A DNA stretch of 64,000 nt from Candidatus Marinacidobacterium sp. (GCA_965220965.1 OZ244852.1:672001-736000), one strand, 5' to 3'. Positions 29,234-42,309 are shown, counted from the first letter of the stretch. Numbers and translations: made by a program. Notes: generated by a model not told the origin, from the letters alone.

Positions 29234-29763
29234 CGGACCGCGACGCGCCTCCCGGTCCGGCGCGCCGTGCGCCGCCCGGAAGGGGCCGCCCCCCAGAAAT
29301 CGAAGCCGTGCGACGCGCAGGTCAGCGTGGCTGTCGTAGCGCAACGCCCGTCCCCGGGGGGAGGGTTCGGGAGGGGGTTTCCCCCTCCCGAGAGAGAAAG
29401 TCCGCTTCATCGTGACTTGACGCGGAGCGCAAGTCACGATGACGGCCCGGAGGGCCGTGCGGTGCGAGCGGCGGGGCGGCGGGTGGCGCTCGGAAGGAGG
29501 GCGCCCGGGGCTCGGGACGGCCGCCCCGCCGCTCGCACCGCGTGGATTCGAGGCGGAGGGCTCGGGAGGGGGTGTCCCCCTCCCGCAAATTAGTAATTTC
29601 GAATCGGAAACTCGCGCGCAGCGCAGTTTTCGATTCACGGCCCGGAGGGCCGTGCGTAGGGCGGGGAGGGCCGCCCCCCAGAAATCGAAGCATTGCGATG
29701 CGCATGCCGGAGCGGCCCCTCCCGCCCTACGCCCAGCTCCCCCGTGCTAGGTTTTTGGGCTGG
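29234..29763. repeat. intergenic array of palindromic modules with ~195-bp period
   Basis: Direct repeats 29283-29319/29668-29704, 29360-29390/29555-29585 and 29442-29461/29637-29656, plus position-equivalent hairpins of different sequence. Confidence 0.85.
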
Positions 29764-29780
29764 GAGACCCGAGCCTGGCT

Positions 29781-31373
29781 TTGGCCGCAACGGCCCGGTT
29801 CCCCGAAGTCGCCGCCGTGGTCCGTGAACTGATCGTCACCAGTCTGCCCGGCGAGACGCGCATGGCGCTGCTCGAGGACGGGGCGATCGTCGAACTCGGC
29901 GTCGAGCACCGGTCCGGGCAGAGCGTCCTTCACGGCATCTATCGGAGTCGCGTCCAGCGCGTTGTCCCCGGGACCCAGGCGGCCTTCCTCGACCTGGGCC
30001 TGCACCGGAACGGCTTCCTCCAGACGGACCAGATCCCTCCGGGGGCTGTCGAGGATTCGAGCGGGCAGGGCGAAGGACGGTCCGCCGGCGCCCGCCCCCG
30101 ACTCGAGGAGCTTCTCAAACCCGGACAGACAGTCCTCGTCCAGGTCGTGCGGGAGCCGCTCGGCCCCAAGGGCTACAAGGTCAGTTGCGATCTGCGCCTG
30201 CAGGGACGGTTCTTCGACTTTCGTCCGTTCGCTCCGGAGGGCGCCATCGTCAACCGCGCCACCGCGGGTCCCAGGGAGCAGTTGCGACTGGCCGCGCTGG
30301 TGCGACGCCGCACCGAGACGAAGGGGGAGTGGGCGGCGCGTCCGGCGGCCGAACAGATCGATGAAGAGACGCTGGCGGCCGATATCGCCCGGATCGAGGC
30401 GGACTGGGCCGACATCCGCAGGCAGGGCGCCGAGGGCCCTCCGTCCTGCCTGCGATCCGAAGTGCCCATGGTGTTCCGCTACGTCCGGGACGTTCTGGCC
30501 TCGGGATTCGACAGCATCCGGGTGGACGACGAGCGGCTCTACGGGCGCCTGCTCAACTTCGTGCGCCAGTTTCTTCCCGGTCTGGAGCACCGGATCCGCT
30601 TCTACTCGCGGAACTACCCGATCTTCCAGGAATATGGCGTGGAAGAGGCCTTCCGCCAGGCGACCCGGCGACGGGTGAAGCTCCCCTCCGGGGGCTCCAT
30701 CGTGATCGACCAGACCGAGGCGCTGGTCGCGGTGGATGTGAACACCGGGAGTTTCGGGGGCGAGACGAGCCGGCGCGACGAGACGAACACCGCCACGAAT
30801 CTCGAAGCCGCCGCCGAGACCGCGCGCCAGCTTCGTCTGCGCGGGCTGGGCGGGATCGTGGCGATCGATTTCATCGACATGAAGGAGGCGCGCAACCGGG
30901 ACCGGGTCTACCGCGCGCTCCAGTCGCACCTCAAGAAGGATCCGGCCTTCACCCGGGCCTCGCCCCCCGAGCCCCGGGCCGGGCTCGTCATCGTGACCCG
31001 CAAGCGCGAGCGGCCGTCGCTCGAGGCGGTCCTGCTGTCCGCCTGCGCGGTCTGCCGCGGGACGGGCAAGGTCGCTTCCGCTGGGGCGGTCTGCCAGGAA
31101 ATCCTGACCCGCGTCCAGAAGCGCGCCCGCGAGTTCGCATCGGGGCTGAACATCGAGGCGGCGCCTGAACTGGCCGCGGCGCTCCGGCGCTCCGGAGTGC
31201 TCCCCGAGATCGCCGGGATGCTCGCCGGACCGGTCCAGGTCCATGACGACCCCAACCTCGCCGAGCCCCGCTACGTCCTGGCGTCTCCCGCGGAGTCTCC
31301 GGACGGACTCGAGGAACTGGACGCATCCGCCGTGGTCGGCGAGCCCGAGGAATCGGCCGCTCCGGTGGCCTGA
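29781..31373 (+). CDS. rng: ribonuclease E/G family (RNase G-like)
   Basis: ETRMALLE, AAFLDLG, S1 region, VAVDVNTG and AIDFIDM catalytic Asp, CxxCxGxG; true start may be GTG 29817. Confidence 0.88.
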   Translation: MAATARFPEVAAVVRELIVTSLPGETRMALLEDGAIVELGVEHRSGQSVLHGIYRSRVQRVVPGTQAAFLDLGLHRNGFLQTDQIPPGAVEDSSGQGEGRSAGARPRLEELLKPGQTVLVQVVREPLGPKGYKVSCDLRLQGRFFDFRPFAPEGAIVNRATAGPREQLRLAALVRRRTETKGEWAARPAAEQIDEETLAADIARIEADWADIRRQGAEGPPSCLRSEVPMVFRYVRDVLASGFDSIRVDDERLYGRLLNFVRQFLPGLEHRIRFYSRNYPIFQEYGVEEAFRQATRRRVKLPSGGSIVIDQTEALVAVDVNTGSFGGETSRRDETNTATNLEAAAETARQLRLRGLGGIVAIDFIDMKEARNRDRVYRALQSHLKKDPAFTRASPPEPRAGLVIVTRKRERPSLEAVLLSACAVCRGTGKVASAGAVCQEILTRVQKRAREFASGLNIEAAPELAAALRRSGVLPEIAGMLAGPVQVHDDPNLAEPRYVLASPAESPDGLEELDASAVVGEPEESAAPVA

Positions 31374-31388
31374 GACCGGAGGTTCGGA

Positions 31389-31823
31389 ATGCTCGTCCGG
31401 CTCGATGTCGAGACCCGGATCGAGTGGGTCGAGGTGCTGCTCGGCGTGTTCGAGAGGCACTGCCGCCAGTGCGGCTACGACGCGGACGCCACCCACTGGA
31501 TGGGCGCGGCGCTTCGGGAGGCGGTCACCAACGGGATGCGTCACGGCAACCGGATGGACCCGAACAAGCGGCTCCTCGTCCGGATCGAGACCCGCTCCGA
31601 CGGGGACGGCGGGCCGGCGGTGCGGGTTCTGGTCGAGGACGAAGGGGAAGGGTTCGACTGCGACGAGGTGCCGGACCCCCTGAACGAGGACAACCTGCTG
31701 AAGGAGAGTGGCCGCGGCATCTTCTTCATGCGCCAGTTCATGGATTCGGTCACCTGGTCCCGCACGCCGCGCGGAGGCACCCGGGTCGAGCTGCTCCAGC
31801 AGCGCGTGTCCAGCGCGTCGTGA
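31389..31823 (+). CDS. RsbW-like anti-sigma factor / Ser kinase (HATPase_c)
   Basis: GGAGG SD; EAVTNGMRHGN, DEGEGFD, SGRGIFFMRQFMD. Confidence 0.88.
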   Translation: MLVRLDVETRIEWVEVLLGVFERHCRQCGYDADATHWMGAALREAVTNGMRHGNRMDPNKRLLVRIETRSDGDGGPAVRVLVEDEGEGFDCDEVPDPLNEDNLLKESGRGIFFMRQFMDSVTWSRTPRGGTRVELLQQRVSSAS

Positions 31824-32638
31824 ACACGGCTCCCGGCCGCGCCTGCGTCGAGGCCTGCTCGGCCGGGGCCCGCGTGATTCGCGAGGCGCACGCCGCCCGC
31901 CTGGCGGACCCGGGGACGGGACGCTTCTCGGTGGATCGGAAGAGCCGCATCGACCTGGTCACCTCGGTGGATCACGAGGCGGAGAGCGCGGTGGTCGCGA
32001 CGCTGGGGCGGCTCTTTCCGGACGTGCCGATTCTGGCCGAGGAGCGGGGGCTGGTCGGAGGCTCCCGCACCGATTGCCGGTTCGTGGTGGACCCGCTCGA
32101 CGGCACCACCAACTTCACCCACGGGTTCCCGGTGTTCTGCGTCTCGATCGCGTACGAGTTCGAAGGCGAGATCGTCGCCGGCGCGGTCCTGGATCCGAAC
32201 CGGGACGAACTGTTCACCGCGGAGGCCGGTGCGGGGGCCGCGCGAAACGGCGCTCCGATCCGGGTCTCGGAGGTGTCCCGCCTCGACGAGGCGCTCCTCG
32301 GAACCGGGTTTCCCTACGACCGGGAGTCCATGGACCGGGCGCTTGCGCTGTTCACCCGGATCATGCGGCGGGTTCGCGCGGTAAGGCGCGCCGGCTCCGC
32401 CGCGCTCGACCTCTGCTCGGTCGCCAGCGGGCGGCTCGACGCGTTCTGGGAGGAGACGCTGCGCGCCTGGGACACCGCCGCCGGCGAGCTCATCGTGCGG
32501 GAGGCCGGAGGCCGGGTGACGGACTTCGAGGGGGGACCGTTCACGAACGGCGGGCCGAACATCGCCGCCACGAACGCCGCCCTCCACGGAGCCCTGCTCG
32601 ACCTGCTCGCCGCCGCGAAAGAGGCGCCGGAAGACTGA
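31820..32638 (+). CDS. suhB: inositol monophosphatase family protein
   Basis: GTGA overlap; DLVT.VD, AEE, DPLDGTTNF, GSAALDL, WDTAAG. Confidence 0.88.
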   Translation: MNTAPGRACVEACSAGARVIREAHAARLADPGTGRFSVDRKSRIDLVTSVDHEAESAVVATLGRLFPDVPILAEERGLVGGSRTDCRFVVDPLDGTTNFTHGFPVFCVSIAYEFEGEIVAGAVLDPNRDELFTAEAGAGAARNGAPIRVSEVSRLDEALLGTGFPYDRESMDRALALFTRIMRRVRAVRRAGSAALDLCSVASGRLDAFWEETLRAWDTAAGELIVREAGGRVTDFEGGPFTNGGPNIAATNAALHGALLDLLAAAKEAPED

Positions 32639-32681
32639 TCGCCCTCCGGCGCCCGGCGTCAGCGGACCGGGGCCGGGACCC

Positions 32682-33551
32682 TCAGAACCAGAAGCGGATT
32701 CCCACCAGCGCGCCGGTGCGGGTGACCGAGAGGTCGCCGAACCCGTCGAACGCCTCGCGGTGCTCGAGGGTGGAGCGGGCGGCGCGGAACTCGCCGAAGA
32801 TCGCGCTGTGGCCGCGCCGCATCCGGAACACCGGGACCTCGAACCCGGCGCCGAAGAACATGCCCACCTGGAACGAGGTCTCCTCGTAGCGGTCGTAGAA
32901 GATGTCGTAGGTGTCGAAGTCCACGAACTCGCCGTCTTCCCAGTAGTCATAGACCATCCCGCTGGCGCCGATCACCAGGTAGGGGCGAATGCGGGCGGCG
33001 GCGTCAGCCAGCGGCAGGCGCACGCCGAGGGTGAGCTCGGTGGTGGAGAGCCGGGTTTCGTGCTCGATCTCCGAGCCGTCGTCCCAGACGAAGTCCGCGT
33101 AGGAGGACGACTGGCGGGCGCTGCTGCTGTCGAGGCCGAGGGTGAGCAGGAGGCGCGGGTAGACCGCGAAGTCGATTTCCCCCCCGACACGGGCGGCGAG
33201 GAAGTCTCCGGGGTCGAGCCCGAAGTCCAGTTCGTTGGCGTCGAACAGTTCGCTCTCCACCGCGAGGGCGCGGTAGCCGCTGTGGAACGAGATCCCGAAG
33301 CGGGGATCCGTCTGCCGCGGGCGCCGGGTGTTGGCCGGAGGTCCACCGAAGGGTGGGCGTCGGCGGGGCTGCGCCTCCGTCCCCGCCGCGCGAGCGCGTT
33401 CGACCAGAAGCGCTTCGGGCGCCTCGACTGCGGTGGCCCCGTTCTTCTCCTCCTCCGGCGGCGCGGGCCGCTCGTCGGCCCGGGCGCCCGGGACGACGGC
33501 GAGCGTCATGAGTAGGGAGAGCGGGAGCAGGACGTGAAGAAGACGGGGCAT
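32682..33551 (-). CDS. outer-membrane beta-barrel domain protein
   Basis: Signal peptide MPRLLHVLL; alternating beta strands, RPYL, C-terminal GIRFWF. Confidence 0.7.
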   Translation of the reverse strand: MPRLLHVLLPLSLLMTLAVVPGARADERPAPPEEEKNGATAVEAPEALLVERARAAGTEAQPRRRPPFGGPPANTRRPRQTDPRFGISFHSGYRALAVESELFDANELDFGLDPGDFLAARVGGEIDFAVYPRLLLTLGLDSSSARQSSSYADFVWDDGSEIEHETRLSTTELTLGVRLPLADAAARIRPYLVIGASGMVYDYWEDGEFVDFDTYDIFYDRYEETSFQVGMFFGAGFEVPVFRMRRGHSAIFGEFRAARSTLEHREAFDGFGDLSVTRTGALVGIRFWF

Positions 33552-33862
33552 CGGGTTCCTTTCGGGAGATCGGGTTCTGGTCGCCGCCGGATCGTCCCCC
33601 GCGGACCGGACCCTCGAGGCGGGTGACCGTGTCCAGCGGCGCCGGGCGCCGCTTTGTGAGCGGTGACCGGGAGGACGGCTCGGCGTCGGGAGCGGTTTGA
33701 GCAATGTATGTGCCAGCGACTGCCGGGAGGCCGAAGGTTCGCATGCCCGACCGGGCGCCGGATGGTCGCGGCCCGCGTTATATTCGGGAAAGTGTTCCGG
33801 AGCGCCCGGCGGGACCGGCCCGCCAGGGTGCTCTGGCGTTCCCCTCACCCGGGAGTCTGTTC

Positions 33863-35416
33863 ATGGTTCGGTACCTTCCTGTCATCCCCATCGGGGTGTT
33901 GATCGCCGCCTCCGCCTGTCTCGGACAGGACGCGCGGGAACGGCTTGGCGTCACCTCCTTCGCGGAGGCGCTTGTCGGCCAGGAGCAGGCCGAATCGGGT
34001 TCAAGGGCCCGGTTCGCCTCGCTGGACGAGGTCCCGGAACCCCAGGAGACGCCCCGGCGGGAGCGGACCGCGCCAGCGCTCAGTCTCTCGGACGCCTTCG
34101 CCGAAGTGGCCCGGGTGGCGACGCCGGCGGTGGTGACGCTCCAGGTGGAGCAGGAGATCCCGGCGGAGGACGTGCCGTTCCCGCTGCGCGAGCTGGCGCC
34201 TCCCGGGCCGCGCATGGGCGCCGGGTCCGGCGCCATCGTGGATCCGGCCGGTCTGGTCGTCACGAACAATCACGTCGTGGAGGGCGCCACCCGGATCGTC
34301 GCGATCTTCGCTGACGGCCGACAGGTCGAAGCGGACATCGTCGGGACCGATCCGCCGACGGACCTCGCGGTGCTTCAGCTCGAGTCGGAGGAGGGGGAGT
34401 CCTTCCCCTACCTGGCGCTCGGCGACTCCGAGGAAGTCCGGGTGGGTGACTGGGTGCTCGCGATCGGCAATCCGCTCGGAAACAGCCACAGCGTGACGGC
34501 GGGCATCGTGAGCGCGAAGGGCCGGGACCAGCGCGGCGATTACCAGGACTTCATCCAGACGGACGCCGCGATCAACCGGGGCAACTCGGGTGGCCCGCTG
34601 GTCAGCCTCGACGGACGGCTCATCGGCGTGAACACCATGATCCAGTCCGTTGTCGAGCGGACCGGAACCCCGGGGAACATCGGTCTCGGCTTCGCGATTC
34701 CCTCGAATCTGGTCCGACGGATCTACGACGACCTCGCGACCGAGGGACAGGTCACCCGGGGCTGGCTGGGGGTCTCGATCCGGCCGCTGACGCCCGATCT
34801 CCGCGAGGGCCTCGATCTGGACGCCGATGTGCGCGGCGCCATCGTGATGGACTTCGCCGGCGCCGATTCGCCGGCCCAGGCGGCCGGGCTGCGTCGCGGC
34901 GACATCATCACCCGCTTCAACGGCCGGACCGTCGAGGACTCCAGCGACCTCCAGTTCGCGGTGGCGGACGCCCGGCCCGAGGAGCCGGCCACGGTGGAAT
35001 TCCTGCGTGACGGGGAACCCGGCTCGATGGAGGTCGTTCTGGGCCAGCGCGCCTTCGAGGAGGCGGCGCCGATGGCCCGCGCTCCCGAACCGGCGGAGCC
35101 CTCCCGCCGCGAGCCCGCCGGACGGCTCGGGATCGTCGGCTCGGCGCTGGACCGGGAGCTTCGGGACCGCCTCGGCGTGGACTTCGACGGCGTGCTGATC
35201 GAGGGGATCGCCCAGGGCGGCGTGGCCGACCGGCTGGGTCTTCGGCCGGGAGCGGTCCTCACCGATGTCGCCGGAACGCCGGTCGCTTCGGTCGCCGACC
35301 TGGATGCGGCGCTCGCTCCGATCGCGCCCGGCGATCCGTTCGTGATCTGGATCGCGTTCGACGCCGGGTCCGGGGAGTGGCAGCGGACCGTGCTGGTGGC
35401 GGAGTTCGACGAGTAG
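33863..35416 (+). CDS. DegP/HtrA family serine protease with two PDZ domains
   Basis: GSG, TNNHVV, DLAV, QTDAAINRGNSGGPL, RGWLGV. Confidence 0.92.
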   Translation: MVRYLPVIPIGVLIAASACLGQDARERLGVTSFAEALVGQEQAESGSRARFASLDEVPEPQETPRRERTAPALSLSDAFAEVARVATPAVVTLQVEQEIPAEDVPFPLRELAPPGPRMGAGSGAIVDPAGLVVTNNHVVEGATRIVAIFADGRQVEADIVGTDPPTDLAVLQLESEEGESFPYLALGDSEEVRVGDWVLAIGNPLGNSHSVTAGIVSAKGRDQRGDYQDFIQTDAAINRGNSGGPLVSLDGRLIGVNTMIQSVVERTGTPGNIGLGFAIPSNLVRRIYDDLATEGQVTRGWLGVSIRPLTPDLREGLDLDADVRGAIVMDFAGADSPAQAAGLRRGDIITRFNGRTVEDSSDLQFAVADARPEEPATVEFLRDGEPGSMEVVLGQRAFEEAAPMARAPEPAEPSRREPAGRLGIVGSALDRELRDRLGVDFDGVLIEGIAQGGVADRLGLRPGAVLTDVAGTPVASVADLDAALAPIAPGDPFVIWIAFDAGSGEWQRTVLVAEFDE

Positions 35417-35609
35417 CCTCGTCGTCGTCGGACGTCTGAAGGCTCGCCAGACAGGTCGCTGATCCAACAGCCGTAGCCTCAGCGAACGCGGCCGCATTCC
35501 GGACTTCGACCAACGGGCGCGGGGCGCCTGCGGGAGCCGAGGTTCGGGTACGCTCTTCGCCGATCGTCGCTGTCCTCTGGCGTGACGCCGCCACCCTCCG
35601 GGATCCGAT

Positions 35610-38687
<3,078 letters not shown>

Positions 38688-38842
38688 GGGCGCCTTCCGT
38701 GTTCGGGAGACGCGATTCGGGCCTCCGGGCGGTCACCCGACCGCCCGGGAGCGGGTTCTTGTGCAGAACCCGGGTCGTCACCCGTGAGACCGCCGCCCCG
38801 GTACAAGATGACCGAGAGCCGCTAGAATTCGGGTTCCGACGG

Positions 38843-38917
38843 AGGCGCGTAGCTCAGGGGGAGAGCGCTACCTTGACGCGGTAGAAGTCGGCGGTTCAAA
38901 TCCGCCCGCGCCTACCA
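38843..38917 (+). tRNA. tRNA-Val (GAC)
   Basis: Acceptor AGGCGCG/CGCGCCT+A-CCA, D arm GCTC/GAGC, anticodon stem CTACC/GGTAG with loop TTGACGC, T arm GGCGG-TTCAAAT-CCGCC; TAGAAT box at 38823. Confidence 0.96.
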
Positions 38918-38987
38918 TCCGGTCGCCGAACCGCAGTCCCCGGGGAGTTCGCGACCCGCTTCGGCGACTGATCAGGAGAACCGCTTC

Positions 38988-40904
38988 GTGAATTCCGCCT
39001 CGATCCGCCTGTCCGTAGCCGGCGCCGGAGACGTCGAGCTGGAGGCCGGGTCACCGCTGGCCGCCGCCGCGCCCCGTGGCGCGGTGGCCGCCGTCCTCAT
39101 GTCGTCCGACGGCGAGCGCGAGGTCGACCTGACCTTCCGTCCGTCGTCCGACGTGGCCGTCCGGTTTCTCACGCCGGCGGACGCGGACGGGCTTCACGTC
39201 TTCCGGCACAGCTCGGCGCACCTGCTGGCGGCGGCGGTCAAGGAGCTCTTCCCGAACGCCCGCTACGGAATCGGGCCGCCGATCGACGGGGGCTTTTACT
39301 ACGACTTCGGCGGAACGGAGCCCTTTTCCCCGGAGGACCTCCAGCGCATCGAGAAGCGGATGAAGGAGATCGTCCGCCGGAAGGCCCCGTTCCAGCGGGA
39401 AGTCCTCTCGAAGGAAGACGCGATCCGGGTGTTCGAGGAGCTCGGCGAGTCGTTCAAGGTGGAGCTCATCCGGGAGAAGGGCGGCAACGAGGTCTCCTGC
39501 TACCGGGTGGGGGACTTCTTCGACTTCTGCGAAGGGCCCCACGTGCCCCACACCGGCGTTCTCCGCGCGGTCAAGGTGCTCTCCAGCTCGAACGCCTACT
39601 GGAAGGGCGACGCCGCCGGCGAGCCCATGCAGCGGATCTACGCCACCAGCTTTCCCGACCGGAAGGAGCTCGCGGAGCACCTCCACCGGATCGAGGAGGC
39701 CAAGCGGCGGGATCACCGCCGGATCGGGAAGGATCAGCGGCTCTTCCTGATCCTCGAGGAAGCCCCCGGGCAGGTGTTCTGGCTCCCGGCGGGGATGGGG
39801 GTCGTGAACCGGCTGGTGGACTCGGTGCGCGCCAAGCTGGACCGTCGCGGCTACCAGGAGATCCGGACCCCGCTCATCCTGAACGAGTCGGTGTGGGCGC
39901 GAAGCGGGCACCTCGACCACTACCGGGACAACATGTTCTTCATCGAGTCGGACGAGACCCGGTTCGGCGTCAAGCCGATGAACTGTCCGGGGGCGGCGCT
40001 GGTCTACCGCTCCGAGATCCGCTCCTGGCGCGACCTGCCGCTGCGGCTCGCCGAGTTCGGTCACTGCCACCGCTTCGAGCCTTCCGGCGTGCTCTCCGGG
40101 CTGACCCGGGTCCGCGCCTTCACCCAGGACGACGCCCACATCTACTGCCGGCTGGACCAGCTCCGCGCCGAGGTCATCGACCTCATGGACCTGGTGCGGG
40201 AGGTCTACGGCGAGTTCGGTTTCGAGGACATCCAGATCGAGCTCTCGACCCGCCCGGAGAAGTCCACCGGGACCGACGAGACGTGGGAGCGGGCCGAGGC
40301 GGCGCTTCGCGAGGCTCTCGAGGAGTCCGGCGATTCCTGGGTGCTGAACGCCGGGGACGGAGCCTTCTACGGCCCCAAGATCGACTTCCATGTGCGCGAC
40401 GCGCTGGGGCGCACCCATCAGTGCGCGACCATCCAGCTCGACTTCTCGCAGGCCCCGGCGTTCGATCTCTACTACGCCGCGGAGGACGGGACGCGCCAGC
40501 AGCCGGTCGTGATCCATCGGGCGATCCTGGGCTCGGTCGAGCGCTTCTTCGCCCTCCTGATCGAGCACACCGGCGGCGCCCTTCCCGTCTGGATCGCGCC
40601 GACCCAGGCTGTCGTGCTCCCGATCGCCGACCGCCATACCGAGGCGGCCGCCGCCGCGGCCTCCAGCCTGCGGGCCCGGGGTTTCCGGGTGGAGCTCGAC
40701 GATCGCCGCGAGAAACTGGGACTCAAGGTCCGCCAGGCCGAACTGCGCCGTGTTCCCTTCATGGCGGTGGTCGGGGACCGGGAGATGGAGACCGGCGCGG
40801 TCGCCCTGCGAACGCGCGGCGAGCCCGGACAGCGCATCCTCGATGTGGAGGCCCTCGGCGACGAGATCGAGCGTCTGGTCGACGACCGGTCGCTCACCCC
40901 GTGA
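38988..40904 (+). CDS. thrS: threonine--tRNA ligase
   Basis: RHSSAHLL, DFCEGPH, RDHRRIG, KPMNCP, RVRAFTQDDAH, YGPKID, IHRAILGS. Confidence 0.97.
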   Translation: MNSASIRLSVAGAGDVELEAGSPLAAAAPRGAVAAVLMSSDGEREVDLTFRPSSDVAVRFLTPADADGLHVFRHSSAHLLAAAVKELFPNARYGIGPPIDGGFYYDFGGTEPFSPEDLQRIEKRMKEIVRRKAPFQREVLSKEDAIRVFEELGESFKVELIREKGGNEVSCYRVGDFFDFCEGPHVPHTGVLRAVKVLSSSNAYWKGDAAGEPMQRIYATSFPDRKELAEHLHRIEEAKRRDHRRIGKDQRLFLILEEAPGQVFWLPAGMGVVNRLVDSVRAKLDRRGYQEIRTPLILNESVWARSGHLDHYRDNMFFIESDETRFGVKPMNCPGAALVYRSEIRSWRDLPLRLAEFGHCHRFEPSGVLSGLTRVRAFTQDDAHIYCRLDQLRAEVIDLMDLVREVYGEFGFEDIQIELSTRPEKSTGTDETWERAEAALREALEESGDSWVLNAGDGAFYGPKIDFHVRDALGRTHQCATIQLDFSQAPAFDLYYAAEDGTRQQPVVIHRAILGSVERFFALLIEHTGGALPVWIAPTQAVVLPIADRHTEAAAAAASSLRARGFRVELDDRREKLGLKVRQAELRRVPFMAVVGDREMETGAVALRTRGEPGQRILDVEALGDEIERLVDDRSLTP

Positions 40905-40943
40905 CGTGCGGCGGCCCCGATGGGCCGCGGGAACGGCGCTCGA

Positions 40944-40973
40944 TTGGCGTACCGCGCCGGATGCGGCGATAAT
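40944..40973 (+). promoter_or_regulatory. putative sigma70 promoter for infC-rpmI-rplT
   Basis: TTGGCG-N18-GATAAT upstream of the infC SD. Confidence 0.45.
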
Positions 40974-41008
40974 CCGCCGTCCCGCACCAACGCGGAGGTG
41001 AACCTCCT

Positions 41009-41665
41009 ATAGACAGTCTCAGGGTCAACGACCGAATCCGGGCGCCCGTCGTCCTCGTCATTGATGAAGCGGGCGCAAAACTCGGCGACTTCGCCCTTCC
41101 GGATGCCCGGCGGCTCGCGGCGGACCGCGGCCTCGATCTCGTCGAGATCGTGGCGAAGAGCCGTCCGCCCGTCTGCAAGATCATGGACTATGGGCGGTTC
41201 GTCTACCAGCAAAGCAAGAAATCCCAGGAAAGCCGCAGGCACCAGAAACAGAACCAGGTCAAGGAGGTCAAGTTCCGCATCATCATCGGTGGCCACGACC
41301 GCGCGACGAAGATGAAGCAGATTGATCGTTTCCTCCATGAAGGACACAAGGTCAAGGCCACGATCTGGTTCAAGCGGGCCCGCGAACGGAGCCGCCGGGA
41401 CATGGGCGACCGCATCCTCGATGAGGTGGCGGAGCACTTCCGGCCGGTGGCTGCCGTCGAGTCGCGTTCCAGCATCGTCGGCAACCAGATGAGCATGATC
41501 CTTGCGCCCACCCGCCGCCTGCTCGAGGAGCTGCGGATGGAACGGGCCCAGAAGGCCAGCCGGAAGGGCGGAGCGACCGAGGCTCCGGCGCCTCGCGTGC
41601 GCCGCGAGCAGCGCGAGCGCCCCACCCCGGATGACGCCGGAGACCAGGAGGAGCTGTCCTCATGA
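41009..41665 (+). CDS. infC: translation initiation factor IF-3 (ATA start)
   Basis: GGAGGTG SD 8 nt before in-frame ATA; frame reads [37 protein letters not shown], upstream of the GTG at 41150 used by the ORF track. Confidence 0.92.
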   Translation: MDSLRVNDRIRAPVVLVIDEAGAKLGDFALPDARRLAADRGLDLVEIVAKSRPPVCKIMDYGRFVYQQSKKSQESRRHQKQNQVKEVKFRIIIGGHDRATKMKQIDRFLHEGHKVKATIWFKRARERSRRDMGDRILDEVAEHFRPVAAVESRSSIVGNQMSMILAPTRRLLEELRMERAQKASRKGGATEAPAPRVRREQRERPTPDDAGDQEELSS

Positions 41666-41856
41666 AGTTCAAGCTGAAGACCCATCGCGGCGCGGCCAAG
41701 CGGTTCCGCCGGAGCGCCTCCGGACGGATCCGGCGGCGGCGCGCCTACCACAACCACATCCTCACCAAGAAGTCCCCGAAGCGTCGCCGCCGGCTGCGCG
41801 CCGGCGCGTGGGTGTTCGAGGGCGAAGCGAAGAACATCGCCCGCTTCATCCCGTGA
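41662..41856 (+). CDS. rpmI: 50S ribosomal protein L35
   Basis: [19 protein letters not shown]. Confidence 0.95.
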   Translation: MKFKLKTHRGAAKRFRRSASGRIRRRRAYHNHILTKKSPKRRRRLRAGAWVFEGEAKNIARFIP

Positions 41857-41894
41857 CCCCGCATCGGGCCGGGTAGGATCAGGGAGAAAGTCTC

Positions 41895-42281
41895 ATGTCC
41901 CGAGTCAAGCGGGGAACCCATCGACGGGACCGTCGCCGGCGGGTGCTGAAGCTGACCCGCGGCTACCGCGGGATGCGCGGCAAGCTGTACCGGCACGCGA
42001 AGCAGGCGGTGGATCGCGCCCTGTCCCACGCCTACCGGGACCGCAGGAACCGCAAGCGCGACTTCCGGCGGCTCTGGATCACCCGGATCGGCGCCGCCTC
42101 CCGCGAGCGCGGCCTGGCGTACGCCCGGTTCTCGCACGGACTCAGCCTGGCGGGCGTCGGTGTGAACCGGAAGCAGCTCGCCGAGCTCGCGATCCACGAT
42201 CCGGACGCCTTCGATCAGCTCGTGCGCCAGGCCCGCGAGGCGCTGGACGGGGCCGCGGCGGAAGGAGCCGCCACCGCCTGA
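41895..42281 (+). CDS. rplT: 50S ribosomal protein L20
   Basis: MSRVKRG, AYRDRRNRKRDFRRLWITRI, NRKQLAELA. Confidence 0.97.
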   Translation: MSRVKRGTHRRDRRRRVLKLTRGYRGMRGKLYRHAKQAVDRALSHAYRDRRNRKRDFRRLWITRIGAASRERGLAYARFSHGLSLAGVGVNRKQLAELAIHDPDAFDQLVRQAREALDGAAAEGAATA

Positions 42282-42309
42282 AGCGCGCCGCCGGAGCGGC
42301 GTGGCCTCC

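Noticed and set aside
29234-29763. CRISPR array or protein-coding ORFs in the rodA-rng gap
   Set aside because: Period of about 195 bp with several different modules, not repeat-spacer geometry; no cas genes; ORFs are low-complexity products of palindromes.
38918-38987. Integrated element at the tRNA-Val 3' end
   Set aside because: thrS follows within about 70 nt; no integrase or duplicated tRNA end seen.
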